Origin: a virus
Lineage: Duplodnaviria; Caudoviricetes
IMG/VR virus record: IMGVR_UViG_3300033075_001536
Coordinates: 32,001-96,000 of that record
Strand: one strand, 5' to 3'
DNA: 64,000 bases
The notes below the pieces were generated by a model. The model made no database searches and was not told the DNA's origin. It worked only from the letters and a program-made list of their open reading frames with translations. A program made the translations under genes and the position numbers. Positions 36,659 through 46,543 of this stretch are shown piece after piece. Position 1 is the stretch's first letter. The number at the start of each line of letters is the position of its first letter.

Positions 36659-37511
36659 TGGAACCTGGTCTTATTTTATAATATATCATAATTGCTAAAA
36701 TGAGTATATTTGTTCCATAGTTCATCATCATTGGTAGATCTAGTTTATCATAAACATATATCATAGCAAATAATTCACCAAATGCCCATAATAATAAAAA
36801 TGCCCATGACATTCCGTGTGAGTGTTTATCTTTATAGGAAGACCAGGCTTGTGGAATTCCACAAGATGCTAACAGGATAGAACCCAACCAACCCATTAAG
36901 GCAAATAAATCTTTTTTACTTAGGCCATTTGAAAGGTCCAAAATAGTTTCATCATTTAATTTTTCTATATTTTGATTTGGAATTTCATATCCATATTTTT
37001 CTTTCATATGAGACGTTAGGTTTCCGAAAAGCTCATTAAACCTAATAGAATCACCACCAGATTTAGCAACACTATCTATATTGGATAAAATTTTCGATAA
37101 AGTATCATCAGATTTTTTCATTGATTTTGAGTATTCCTCTGCTATTTCAGCTTGAAATTTCATTTTACGAACCCAAGCATCTAACTCTTTTTGTAGTTGA
37201 GTAGAATCCATTTTTTTGTACTTATCTGCTCTTCCAGGATCATTATACTCTTCGTTTGGAACTGCTTTATAATTTGATATATCATGATCATTGATATCAG
37301 ACATCGATTTTTGAAAATATCCATTTGGGTTAAGTGGGCTCATTGGGCTTAAAATATTTGTCACATTACTTGGATTGGAATAATCATATGGATTGGTGTA
37401 TTGCCCCTTTGAATCTGGCGAATTTAACAGAAGTGATCCAACTATTCCTAGCTTGGTCAATCCAGACTTAATTCCTTCATTATGTTCTTCATAGCTTTTT
37501 AGATATTTCAT
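36642..37511 (-). CDS. CTS-like-tagged protein with C-terminal PQ-loop (SemiSWEET-like) membrane domain
   Basis: MKYLKSYEEHNEG; GWLGSILLASCGIPQAW...K...GMSW.FL.LW..GE...Y...NY. Confidence 0.8.
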   Translation of the reverse strand: MKYLKSYEEHNEGIKSGLTKLGIVGSLLLNSPDSKGQYTNPYDYSNPSNVTNILSPMSPLNPNGYFQKSMSDINDHDISNYKAVPNEEYNDPGRADKYKKMDSTQLQKELDAWVRKMKFQAEIAEEYSKSMKKSDDTLSKILSNIDSVAKSGGDSIRFNELFGNLTSHMKEKYGYEIPNQNIEKLNDETILDLSNGLSKKDLFALMGWLGSILLASCGIPQAWSSYKDKHSHGMSWAFLLLWAFGELFAMIYVYDKLDLPMMMNYGTNILILAIMIYYKIRPGSNGNSE

Positions 37512-37523
37512 ACCTATTATATA

Positions 37524-37946
37524 TTAAAAATAATGAATCAAAAAATACCCTATGTAAAAAATAAACGACCACAATACCAGAGATAAAGTCATCTTTTTAA
37601 TAATTTCCCACTTATGTGTGGTTAGAGTTAGAGCAATTAAAATAGCTACGGGAAAAGATATGATTGGACTAGCTAAAGCAACTCCCCAAACACCAAATTT
37701 TTCTTTAACATGTACAATAAATCTAGACTTTTTTGAAAATTTCTTCCTTGGGAAAATTCTTAAAAAAAATTTTTCTATAGCTACTCCAACAAATGTAAAT
37801 AAAACTATACCCACAATTCCTCCAAGAATATTAGACATTACCACATGCCAAGATCCTTTTGTGGCAATTACCACAAACATGATGTAAGAAAATTTAAAAA
37901 CAGATGCCAGAAAAACCAGTAAATCTGAAATTATTTTTGTTAACAC
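37524..37946 (-). CDS. Integral membrane protein
   Basis: About 4 hydrophobic helices; KFGVWGVALASP. Confidence 0.7.
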   Translation of the reverse strand: MLTKIISDLLVFLASVFKFSYIMFVVIATKGSWHVVMSNILGGIVGIVLFTFVGVAIEKFFLRIFPRKKFSKKSRFIVHVKEKFGVWGVALASPIISFPVAILIALTLTTHKWEIIKKMTLSLVLWSFIFYIGYFLIHYF

Positions 37947-40900
37947 TTATTGAAAAGATGAATTTTCTACAACTCCATTATACCAAATACCACCATTGAA
38001 ATGTGAATTGTCAAGAATTCCATTGGTCCAAATACCAGAATCAAATATTGCGTTCGTCCATTTACTAACCACTCTAAGTCCAGTATTTGTATTGCTTATA
38101 TTAATACCTAATGGAAAAGGTGTAAAAGATTCATAACTTAATTTAACATCTATAACAATGTGTGTGTTCTCACCTTCTTCTAAGACAAACAAAGCTTTGC
38201 ATCTCCTTGGACTGTCATTACTTCCAAGAGGAGAGTATGAATTATTAACTTCATTATCTATGATCCAAAATTCATCACCCACATTAAATTTAAATATTCC
38301 GTTTAGTGTGATATAATTTGAAAAAGTATTTCCATATAAACTAGAAGTTGCTGAATTTATACCAATAAGTTGGATATCTTCTAGAATTCCTCCTCTCCAT
38401 TCACCTCCTTTAAAGTCAATGTTATAAGCAATTCCTCCCCAGAAATCTCCACTTCCCCAGAATCCAGTTCTCCAAATGGAATATTTATGAATATCCGAAA
38501 CAATTGGAAATCCATTTTCATCTAAATTAAGTTGTGAATGGAATTGACCATTTAACCATTTACCACCATGCCATGTAGATGTTCTGGAGTTATATGATTT
38601 GGTTCCAAATCTAGAAATCTTTCCATATTTTTGATCAAATAGCCCATCATACCACATACCATTTTCAAAATCTCCACCATACCATTTACCATCTAACCAA
38701 TAAGAAGGTGTGTTGTCTGTATTAAATAAACCATCTTTCCATGTTCCATTTACCCAAATACCACCAGAAAATTCACCATCTTCCCATGTTCCGTTATTCC
38801 AAATACCATTATACCAAATACCATTTGACCATGTTCCACCATATGATCTTCCATAGTACCATGTACCGTCTTTCCATTCTCCATCAAACCAACGACCATC
38901 ATACCATTTTGAGAAAGAAGAATCACTTGGTGTAGCAACACTTTGTTGTATAATCATTGGATTGACTATATTCAAAGATTTGGATTCCCATGTTCCTCTA
39001 TACCAATCACCACCTAACCATGTTCCGCTTAACCAATGTCCACCAAACCAACGACCACAGTTCCATATTCCTTTATACCATTGAATATTTTTATTAGAAT
39101 CTAGTCCAATAATAGCATCTTTTATTTCAGCATCTAATATCCAAGGATACTTATTAGTGATATCAGCAAATGTTAGTCCATCTGTTAATTGATAGCAATA
39201 CTTACTCATATCAACATCAATTAAATTATATTTAGATCCATCCAATTCATAATTTTCTGGATCTATTTTAACAGATTGTTTTGCAGTTGATGGTCCTTGT
39301 CCGATATCAAAAATATTGATTGGTTGGAAATTTAAAAATGGATCTTTTTGTATGAATGTTACAGAACCATAATCAGTCACAGTAGCTGGTAATCCGTACG
39401 GAATTTTTATATAAAAATCTTGTGTATTAATAGGATACGCTACATGATATCCCATATATTGTTGATTTAGTTCCTCGGAAGATCCAGGTCCGCCAGTCAT
39501 GCTAATGACCACACCATCTCCAGTTCCGATATGATGACTGTTTGAACAGTTAAATAGAACCCATGTATTTGAACCATCTATATAGAAGTTAGTATTTGTA
39601 ATAGGTGTGATATATTCAATTTCTAATTTAGTAATATCAAGAGCAAGTTCATTTTTGTAATCCACATATACTAAACCAGAAAGATCTTTAACAAATTGAT
39701 CGTCCGATAAAAATGCCTTAGCATATGAGTCAGTTGGTATTTTGAAATTAATATCTGTTTCATAATTTGTGTATGAATATAAACTTTCTATACTCTTAAC
39801 TTGATCTTTATTTCTATGAAGAGTATTTAAATATTGTAAGTCATCAGAAATTTCTTGCAGTGTTCTTCTGGTTCTAATTTGGACTTGGTTAGCATACAAA
39901 GGTATATCCAACATTTTGTGGAATTCAATGACATACCAATCATAAGTCGAATCATAATATTTATCCATCACTAATAATTTTTCAGTAGTGTGTATAGATA
40001 AATCTGTTGCTTCGATAGAAACATCCACAAATGTCCATTTTAAGATGGATGTCCATTGGTCCTTTAGATTTTTACCAAAGAATAATTTATTTGCCCATTT
40101 TGGATTAGCTGATGCGAATTCAGTATAAATATTAGAATCAGTTGCTCCTGTAAATGATCCGTAGTAGGTTCCAGGCATTGGTCCGTAAACTGGTAGTGAT
40201 GAAAGTTCCCTGGTTGGAAAATAATTATTATAATTTAAACTTGATAAATAATCCAATAAATTATAAGTTGGGTTATATCCAAATTGGAAAAAACTAAATG
40301 AATATCTCATCTCAAAATTATTCGAACCAATTTCGATTCCAGTTTGTAGATTATAATAACTACTAAAATTAGTAAATCTAGGAGAAATGGTTATCTGACC
40401 ATCTCTTGAGAAATATAAATTTTGAATTTTATTAGATGGTGATTGTAACTCCAATAATAGATTATTTTGATCAATAAATGAATAGGTATATGTGCTTACT
40501 GGATAAGTATCTGTATATGGGGCATTTTGTATAGTTAATGTATTTGTTCCATAAGATATTGTCTCTGTTCCAGATGAGGGTGTCAATAAGCTTATATTAA
40601 CATCATTTTGTGTAAATGACCAAGTACCACCAATAAATATTCCATTTGAATTGAGTAATGAAAAAGTAGTCTCGCAATTATATGGAACCGGAACAACAGT
40701 GTATGGAAACAATGGTGTTATTATAAAATCATAACATATTCTATTTAAATTCCATACACCTCCCCACTGATTTGTCCATACATTACTATCATTTATACCA
40801 TAATCAATAGTTGCTTTATAAGCATGATGTGCTGGATGTAGATTGAATTTATCAACAAATTCCTGGTATCCGTTATTTGAATATTTGTTCAAATTACTTA

Positions 40901-43424
40901 TTCTAACTGGAGATTTTGTTAAATTGTTTAGTATATTTTGATTAAAATCTGTATAAATATATTGATAGTAGGTAGTCACTCCCATAGATACATTCTTAAT
41001 AATTTTATTAATCATTAAAACCGCTTCTACACAATCAGACGAAATATTCACCATATCACCAACTTCTGGTGGGTTATTCACATCGGTGGTACTAAGTGCC
41101 CAAATTAAAAGATAATCATAAGCATATATCGAGTAGGAATTATTTGGAAAAATAGTGCCTCCTGTATCAATATATCTAGATTGTGTAGATATATCTATAT
41201 TTGGTGCCATCTGAATGATATCTAATAAATTAGTAGAAATAGAGGGTGTTGCATACTCAAATGTTCCATTACAAATATCTGAATAAGAGAATGTAAAATT
41301 TGGTTCGACCTTATAAACATCATCCATGTGTGTGTAATATTCAAAGGTCTTGGATCTATCTTTCCAATAAGTTACCCAATTGCTCTCAGTCACCGAAAAT
41401 GGAACATTACTCTGTGTTAGATGTGTGAACTCTAAGAAGGAACTATCCAACATGGATGCAGTAAATGTGATAGTGTTTGGTAGCCTATATTCACCCAAAT
41501 CATCAAAGAAATTTAATTTAGAACCAATATCATAATCCATGAATAATAGTCTAGATTTTAGTCTATTGTCATAGTTTACATCTATACTTTCTTTTAAATA
41601 GAGGCTTTGTGATGATCCTGTGTATCCATAAACAGAAAATAATGATTTTTCTCCGGTGATTATTAGATCTTCTGATTCAAAATTAGATATTGAGTTTGGA
41701 GAAAAATCACCAACTTTCGACACTGTTCCTAATTGATAAAAAACATTAGAAAAGACCGAACTAGTTAAAGAAAATAAGCTAAGATCTAACATATATGTCC
41801 CATCATAAGAAGATAAATATATTATTCCATCACCAGGTGAATCTATTGAATTAATATCTCCTATATTTGGAGATATAGTTGGGCAGATAAAATTGAATCC
41901 ATAGTAATTTGTCGTATCATATAAAAATATTGTATTGTTATTACAAACAATAGCTATTGTCGAATCATTTGCATTATATTTATCAACATAAATATCATTT
42001 ATATTTTCCACTAAAATATATTCATCATCAATTGAATTAAATTTTGATATTCTTCTTTTATAAGAGATCCAAGTTCCGTGGTCATAAGTTAGTTCCAAGA
42101 ATACACCAGTGTCTCCACCAATGAAGATTTTATCTACCTTAGGGTATAAAACAACATTATAGTTAAAGGATTCAAATTCTCTAACATCAATTTTTGTCCA
42201 ATTATAACCACCATCATCTGTAACATAAATTATATTATACTTACCAACCACTACTCCTCTACTCTCATTATAAAAATCAATTGAATTTAATCGAGTGAGA
42301 ACTCCTATTTCTATTCTTTTGATAGAGAAATCTATTTTAGAAACCCTTAAAAGTGTCCCGTAGTCCCCACATATCCAGTAATAGTTATTGGTTTCGACAA
42401 TTGACTTTAATAAAACTTTATATTTATTTTCTATAATTGTTGGAGCACCTTCTTGATAGTTGGTGATTATTCCAAACTCACCAACTGCAATGGTTCTATT
42501 TGGTATTGAATAAGTCACACCATCTAAATAGATAGATTGTGTGGCATGTTTGATAACATCTTGGTAAGATATTTCAAATAAATTATTATAATCGACTTGA
42601 TTTCTTAAAACATAATTATGACCTTCTTTAAATTCAATAGGTTGTGATAGAGATGTAGTTGGGAAATACCCATCTAATAACCTAGATAAATGAAATTGCT
42701 TTTGTTTATTTATATTTCCAAGTTTAGATAAAACAGAGTATTTTATACAGACATCGTAATTATCGAGTTCAGGATCTCTAACTAGTTTATTTCCTTTATA
42801 AACATAAATTCCATTTTCAGAAGTATAATAAGAATAAACTGTTTCTAAGCTATTGGTTGAATAGACATAGTAATTTGATTTGAAATAAGTCTCTGGATCA
42901 GTTGAATTTGGTAAAGTAACATAAGCAATCTGGTCTTTCACTAAAACACGATGTCCTTCAACTAGTTTTATTCCATCAATTGTTAAATTTATTTTCACTA
43001 CACCAATGATATCAATTAACATTTCTGTGGTAGTAACATCTACTGTATAGTAGTTTTCTACTGAATCAGACAACAACCTTTTTGGAGTGAAAAGTGTCTT
43101 CATGGTTAAGCCATCTTCGGCTAGAAATTGATCATAATATTCAAAAATACTTGATCCATCTATTTTAACCTTATTAGCTTGAACAGGGATATATGGCATT
43201 GGAGTTGAATAGGTAATACCCACATACCAGGTTCTAGGCACATACTCACTCAAAATGTTATAAATATCATCAAATCCATTAATAGAATTATAAAGAGCTC
43301 CACTCAAACATTTTTGGTAGAGTCTGTATGATGACATATCTCTCTTCCAAGATGTAAAATTAAACTCGGTAAGTGAGTCTATTTGTGATGACCATTTTCC
43401 GGTATCCTCGTTTCTTATCCACAT
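37947..43424 (-). CDS. Giant putative tail/baseplate protein with beta-propeller repeats and W-x-x-G pentapeptide repeats
   Basis: VLVKDQ...ENGIY module; G..G.I/TDDGGYNW BNR-like blades; long W(Y/N)xGxW repeats near the C-terminus; 1825 aa. Confidence 0.7.
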   Translation of the reverse strand: MWIRNEDTGKWSSQIDSLTEFNFTSWKRDMSSYRLYQKCLSGALYNSINGFDDIYNILSEYVPRTWYVGITYSTPMPYIPVQANKVKIDGSSIFEYYDQFLAEDGLTMKTLFTPKRLLSDSVENYYTVDVTTTEMLIDIIGVVKINLTIDGIKLVEGHRVLVKDQIAYVTLPNSTDPETYFKSNYYVYSTNSLETVYSYYTSENGIYVYKGNKLVRDPELDNYDVCIKYSVLSKLGNINKQKQFHLSRLLDGYFPTTSLSQPIEFKEGHNYVLRNQVDYNNLFEISYQDVIKHATQSIYLDGVTYSIPNRTIAVGEFGIITNYQEGAPTIIENKYKVLLKSIVETNNYYWICGDYGTLLRVSKIDFSIKRIEIGVLTRLNSIDFYNESRGVVVGKYNIIYVTDDGGYNWTKIDVREFESFNYNVVLYPKVDKIFIGGDTGVFLELTYDHGTWISYKRRISKFNSIDDEYILVENINDIYVDKYNANDSTIAIVCNNNTIFLYDTTNYYGFNFICPTISPNIGDINSIDSPGDGIIYLSSYDGTYMLDLSLFSLTSSVFSNVFYQLGTVSKVGDFSPNSISNFESEDLIITGEKSLFSVYGYTGSSQSLYLKESIDVNYDNRLKSRLLFMDYDIGSKLNFFDDLGEYRLPNTITFTASMLDSSFLEFTHLTQSNVPFSVTESNWVTYWKDRSKTFEYYTHMDDVYKVEPNFTFSYSDICNGTFEYATPSISTNLLDIIQMAPNIDISTQSRYIDTGGTIFPNNSYSIYAYDYLLIWALSTTDVNNPPEVGDMVNISSDCVEAVLMINKIIKNVSMGVTTYYQYIYTDFNQNILNNLTKSPVRISNLNKYSNNGYQEFVDKFNLHPAHHAYKATIDYGINDSNVWTNQWGGVWNLNRICYDFIITPLFPYTVVPVPYNCETTFSLLNSNGIFIGGTWSFTQNDVNISLLTPSSGTETISYGTNTLTIQNAPYTDTYPVSTYTYSFIDQNNLLLELQSPSNKIQNLYFSRDGQITISPRFTNFSSYYNLQTGIEIGSNNFEMRYSFSFFQFGYNPTYNLLDYLSSLNYNNYFPTRELSSLPVYGPMPGTYYGSFTGATDSNIYTEFASANPKWANKLFFGKNLKDQWTSILKWTFVDVSIEATDLSIHTTEKLLVMDKYYDSTYDWYVIEFHKMLDIPLYANQVQIRTRRTLQEISDDLQYLNTLHRNKDQVKSIESLYSYTNYETDINFKIPTDSYAKAFLSDDQFVKDLSGLVYVDYKNELALDITKLEIEYITPITNTNFYIDGSNTWVLFNCSNSHHIGTGDGVVISMTGGPGSSEELNQQYMGYHVAYPINTQDFYIKIPYGLPATVTDYGSVTFIQKDPFLNFQPINIFDIGQGPSTAKQSVKIDPENYELDGSKYNLIDVDMSKYCYQLTDGLTFADITNKYPWILDAEIKDAIIGLDSNKNIQWYKGIWNCGRWFGGHWLSGTWLGGDWYRGTWESKSLNIVNPMIIQQSVATPSDSSFSKWYDGRWFDGEWKDGTWYYGRSYGGTWSNGIWYNGIWNNGTWEDGEFSGGIWVNGTWKDGLFNTDNTPSYWLDGKWYGGDFENGMWYDGLFDQKYGKISRFGTKSYNSRTSTWHGGKWLNGQFHSQLNLDENGFPIVSDIHKYSIWRTGFWGSGDFWGGIAYNIDFKGGEWRGGILEDIQLIGINSATSSLYGNTFSNYITLNGIFKFNVGDEFWIIDNEVNNSYSPLGSNDSPRRCKALFVLEEGENTHIVIDVKLSYESFTPFPLGINISNTNTGLRVVSKWTNAIFDSGIWTNGILDNSHFNGGIWYNGVVENSSFQ
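38390..39080 (-). repeat. Coding pentapeptide repeat (W/F)-x-x-G-x
   Basis: WYKGIWNCGRWFGGHWLSGTWLGGDWYRGTW...WSNGIWYNGIWNNGTWEDG; degenerate 15-nt periodicity. Confidence 0.8.
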
Positions 43425-43429
43425 ATTAT

Positions 43430-43645
43430 TTATTTCTTAACTTTTAATTTCCACATCACGGTTCTGCTATCCACCTCGATTGAGCTATGAACAATAGATA
43501 CCTTTGATTTTTTAAGCACTTTTTTTATTTCTGTGATAAAATCATCATTCTTATAAATATCATCAATATATTCTGATACATCAAGATTATATTCTAGGTT
43601 TTCTGAAAATATCAGATCGTAAATTAGGTCTTCTTTACTCTTCAT
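43430..43645 (-). CDS. Hypothetical protein
   Basis: 71 aa; late box upstream; precedes the giant structural gene. Confidence 0.7.
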   Translation of the reverse strand: MKSKEDLIYDLIFSENLEYNLDVSEYIDDIYKNDDFITEIKKVLKKSKVSIVHSSIEVDSRTVMWKLKVKK

Positions 43646-43711
43646 ATGTTTATATATTAAAATAAATTATTCCTATGAAGAGAGATATGAGAATTAGATA
43701 TATAATTATGA

Positions 43712-44494
43712 ATGTCTAGAAATAGAAACAATAGTTCAAAGGAAAAATTTAAATCTCATATGGAAATAGAGAACGAGAAGTATGAGCTTTTGAAAAGAAG
43801 AGAAATGGAATCTGCTAAGAAGATGAAATTTACTAAACAAGAATTAGATTCAAGACATGTTGAACTAACACCAAAACAACACGAACTTTATAGGGGAATA
43901 AGAGATAATACATTAAGTATTGTTCAAGGACCTGCGGGAACATCTAAAACATTTACTGCTTGTTACACATCTTTGGCTTTACTAGCTGATAAAAAAATTG
44001 ATCAAATTATTTTGACTAAACCAATTCAAGAGAGTGGAGAGCAACTTGGATTTTTACCAGGAACTGTTGAAGAGAAAGTGGATCCATATATGAAGTCTTA
44101 TTTTTCAAATTTTGAAAAAATTATTGGGAAACCGTCTTTTGAGTGGTTAAAGGCAACTGAGCAAATTATTGTTGAGCCGTTAGCATATATGCGTGGAACA
44201 ACCTATGATAGAGCTATTATGTTATTAGATGAGGCACAGAACTGTACTATGACACAATTGATGTTATGGGTCACTCGTCTTGGAAACGAATCAAAAGCTA
44301 TACTAATGGGTGATATTTCTCAATATGATATTAAGAAAAGAGATTCTAGATTCTTAGAATTCATTGAACTAATGGGTGGAATTGAAATGGTCAATAATTT
44401 CTCCTTCAAATCCGAAGACATCGTTAGAAATAAATTCTTAATTGAGGTGGTGAATCGTTATGAAAAGTGGAAATATGAAAATGATTCCAAATAG
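43712..44494 (+). CDS. phoH: PhoH-like ATPase
   Basis: GPAGTSKT; LGFLPG; PLAYMRG; DEAQN; TRLG; GD..Q.D; DIVR. Confidence 0.93.
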   Translation: MSRNRNNSSKEKFKSHMEIENEKYELLKRREMESAKKMKFTKQELDSRHVELTPKQHELYRGIRDNTLSIVQGPAGTSKTFTACYTSLALLADKKIDQIILTKPIQESGEQLGFLPGTVEEKVDPYMKSYFSNFEKIIGKPSFEWLKATEQIIVEPLAYMRGTTYDRAIMLLDEAQNCTMTQLMLWVTRLGNESKAILMGDISQYDIKKRDSRFLEFIELMGGIEMVNNFSFKSEDIVRNKFLIEVVNRYEKWKYENDSK

Positions 44495-46162
44495 TTATTT
44501 TTTATCCTCTATTTTATAATACCAATCATCATAAAATCCAAAAAAATCATCTCCAGATTTCTTTGCTTTTTTTACCTTAAACTTAACTTCTTTTCCAGAT
44601 GGTAACTTTGCCTCAACATCACGATCTTCTACTTTTTTAAGAGACTCTTTTTCCTCCGTTTTAGATTCGGAAAATCTATCATAAGGTATTTTACTAGTAT
44701 TCTTATATTTATCGGAAAAATGTTTTAGTAAATCTTTTTCATCTTTCTCTAGATCGGACTCTTCTTTTTTAGTAACTTCTTTCTTTTCTCGTCCATATCC
44801 ATAGTATTTTTCATATGGATCATAATATGGACGATCATATGGATTTTCAGCTGATTTCTTAGATTCTGACTTCTTAAGCTTTTGAGCCGCTGCTTCAGCT
44901 CTTTCTTGTATATACCTTTGAAATCTTTCTTGTGAGTAACTGCTATCACCAACAACTACCCTTACTTGCCCATCATTATCAACCATACCTTCTTGTCTAG
45001 AGGACACACCGACTAGTTCACCGTGAATGTTTACATTATCAGTACCAGACTGCTGCCCAGACATAGTCACATTGGCCGGAGTGTTTGTAATAGTTGCAGC
45101 TCCTGTTGGTATATAAACAGATCCTGCAATTTGTCCAAACAATCTACTTGTCTGTCTTCTTGTTGATCTTGGTCGTGATTGTTCATCTTGTAAATCATCA
45201 CCATAATCATCCAAGTCTGGAGTATCACCAAATCCGTAGTTATCTCTTTGCTCCGGCTCCAATCCACCCCAATTTTGTACCAAATAGTGTTGATAACTAA
45301 AATTTTCAGAATTGGCAAAAGTTCCATTTTTTGGATCAAAAAACTTAAAAGTATCGAAATAAGGATAGGTCTTAAATTTGAAATTTTCGAGTTTTAAATA
45401 TAGGTGAAGTCTTATATTTTTCCCATCACGAGTAAAATATTGTTCTGATTTGGATGTTTGTTCAGTTTTTGAAAGGTATCCATTTTTTGATGCCCATTCT
45501 TTAAAAAAATTAACATCGTGATCATACAAGCTATATATCCTGTCCATTACTTTATAACTATTACCATACTTATCCAAAGCATTTTCCCATAAAAGTGCTC
45601 TTGCTCGTAATTTATCATTAGCATCCATGTAGATAAGCATTTTACAATCTTTCGGATTTTTTGCATATATCTCCATGAATTTATTTTTTTCTCGATATCT
45701 CATACAAGAGCTCCAAAGAGTTCCCGAATTATGTCCATTCACACTACCATAGCTGCTTTGATCATAATATTTTAGAATCTCATCACCTTCAATAACTCTT
45801 AACTTAGTTTCATCAGAAGAATAATAAGACTTAATTAAATTGACAAACTCTTCAATTTTTTTATCATTTAATCCGACACGAACACACTGATCAATATTTA
45901 AAATTCGTCTAACAAATCGACCAATTTTCATATTGGTTCTACATTTATTATCTTGATATGGATCTGGGTGTGAAATAAATTTAGATTTTGATTTGGGTAT
46001 ATAAGATATCATATCCAAATCAGCATTTTCCTTTTTAACCCAATCACAATCAGCATCTGGTAAGATATATTCTCCTTGATGCACCAATAGTTGTGATATA
46101 ATATTTGATTGTGTTCTTTCTAAGAACTTAAATAGATCTGGATGTATGTGAATTACTGCCAT
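44495..46162 (-). CDS. SCM/RALLW/MDRIY-family protein with long low-complexity C-terminus
   Basis: LWSSCM; ARALLW; VMDRIY; YPYFDTF; no CTS-like tag; paralog of 23080..24348. Confidence 0.8.
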   Translation of the reverse strand: MAVIHIHPDLFKFLERTQSNIISQLLVHQGEYILPDADCDWVKKENADLDMISYIPKSKSKFISHPDPYQDNKCRTNMKIGRFVRRILNIDQCVRVGLNDKKIEEFVNLIKSYYSSDETKLRVIEGDEILKYYDQSSYGSVNGHNSGTLWSSCMRYREKNKFMEIYAKNPKDCKMLIYMDANDKLRARALLWENALDKYGNSYKVMDRIYSLYDHDVNFFKEWASKNGYLSKTEQTSKSEQYFTRDGKNIRLHLYLKLENFKFKTYPYFDTFKFFDPKNGTFANSENFSYQHYLVQNWGGLEPEQRDNYGFGDTPDLDDYGDDLQDEQSRPRSTRRQTSRLFGQIAGSVYIPTGAATITNTPANVTMSGQQSGTDNVNIHGELVGVSSRQEGMVDNDGQVRVVVGDSSYSQERFQRYIQERAEAAAQKLKKSESKKSAENPYDRPYYDPYEKYYGYGREKKEVTKKEESDLEKDEKDLLKHFSDKYKNTSKIPYDRFSESKTEEKESLKKVEDRDVEAKLPSGKEVKFKVKKAKKSGDDFFGFYDDWYYKIEDKK

Positions 46163-46192
46163 TTTGTTTTTTAATATATAATTTACAAACTT

Positions 46193-46402
46193 ATGAAATT
46201 TATTTTAGAATTCAAAAATTATTATAAAATTGATGATATCGTTTTAATCGAATATTGGTATAATGATATGATTACACCAGTAAGGATTATTGATAAAAAA
46301 GGTAATAAGTTTAAAATTTCTCATAATATTCAAGAATCTAAGATTAAAAATGCTCCAGATGAATTTATTAAACAATCTGACATCATTGATAAAAAAAGAT
46401 AG
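46193..46402 (+). CDS. Small SH3/Tudor-like hypothetical protein with weak CTS-like start
   Basis: MKFILEFKNY; late box upstream. Confidence 0.6.
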   Translation: MKFILEFKNYYKIDDIVLIEYWYNDMITPVRIIDKKGNKFKISHNIQESKIKNAPDEFIKQSDIIDKKR

Positions 46403-46534
46403 TTATTTTTTAATTTTTCCACAGTTTTTACACTTTGTATATCCAGGACCACCACCATATCTTTGTGGAATAATATCAACCCAATGATGGATATTTAAAA
46501 AACAAAAAACTTTTAATATAAAATTTATACTCAT
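46403..46534 (-). CDS. 43-aa Zn-ribbon phage protein (DUF1660-like)
   Basis: MSINFILKVFCFLNIHHW...CKNCGKIKK; below the ORF-track size cutoff. Confidence 0.6.
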   Translation of the reverse strand: MSINFILKVFCFLNIHHWVDIIPQRYGGGPGYTKCKNCGKIKK

Positions 46535-46543
46535 TTTAAATAG

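Noticed and set aside
38390-39080. Periodic ACCA/TTCCA nucleotide repeats resembling an array
   Set aside because: Explained by W-x-x-G codon periodicity in the 1825-aa protein
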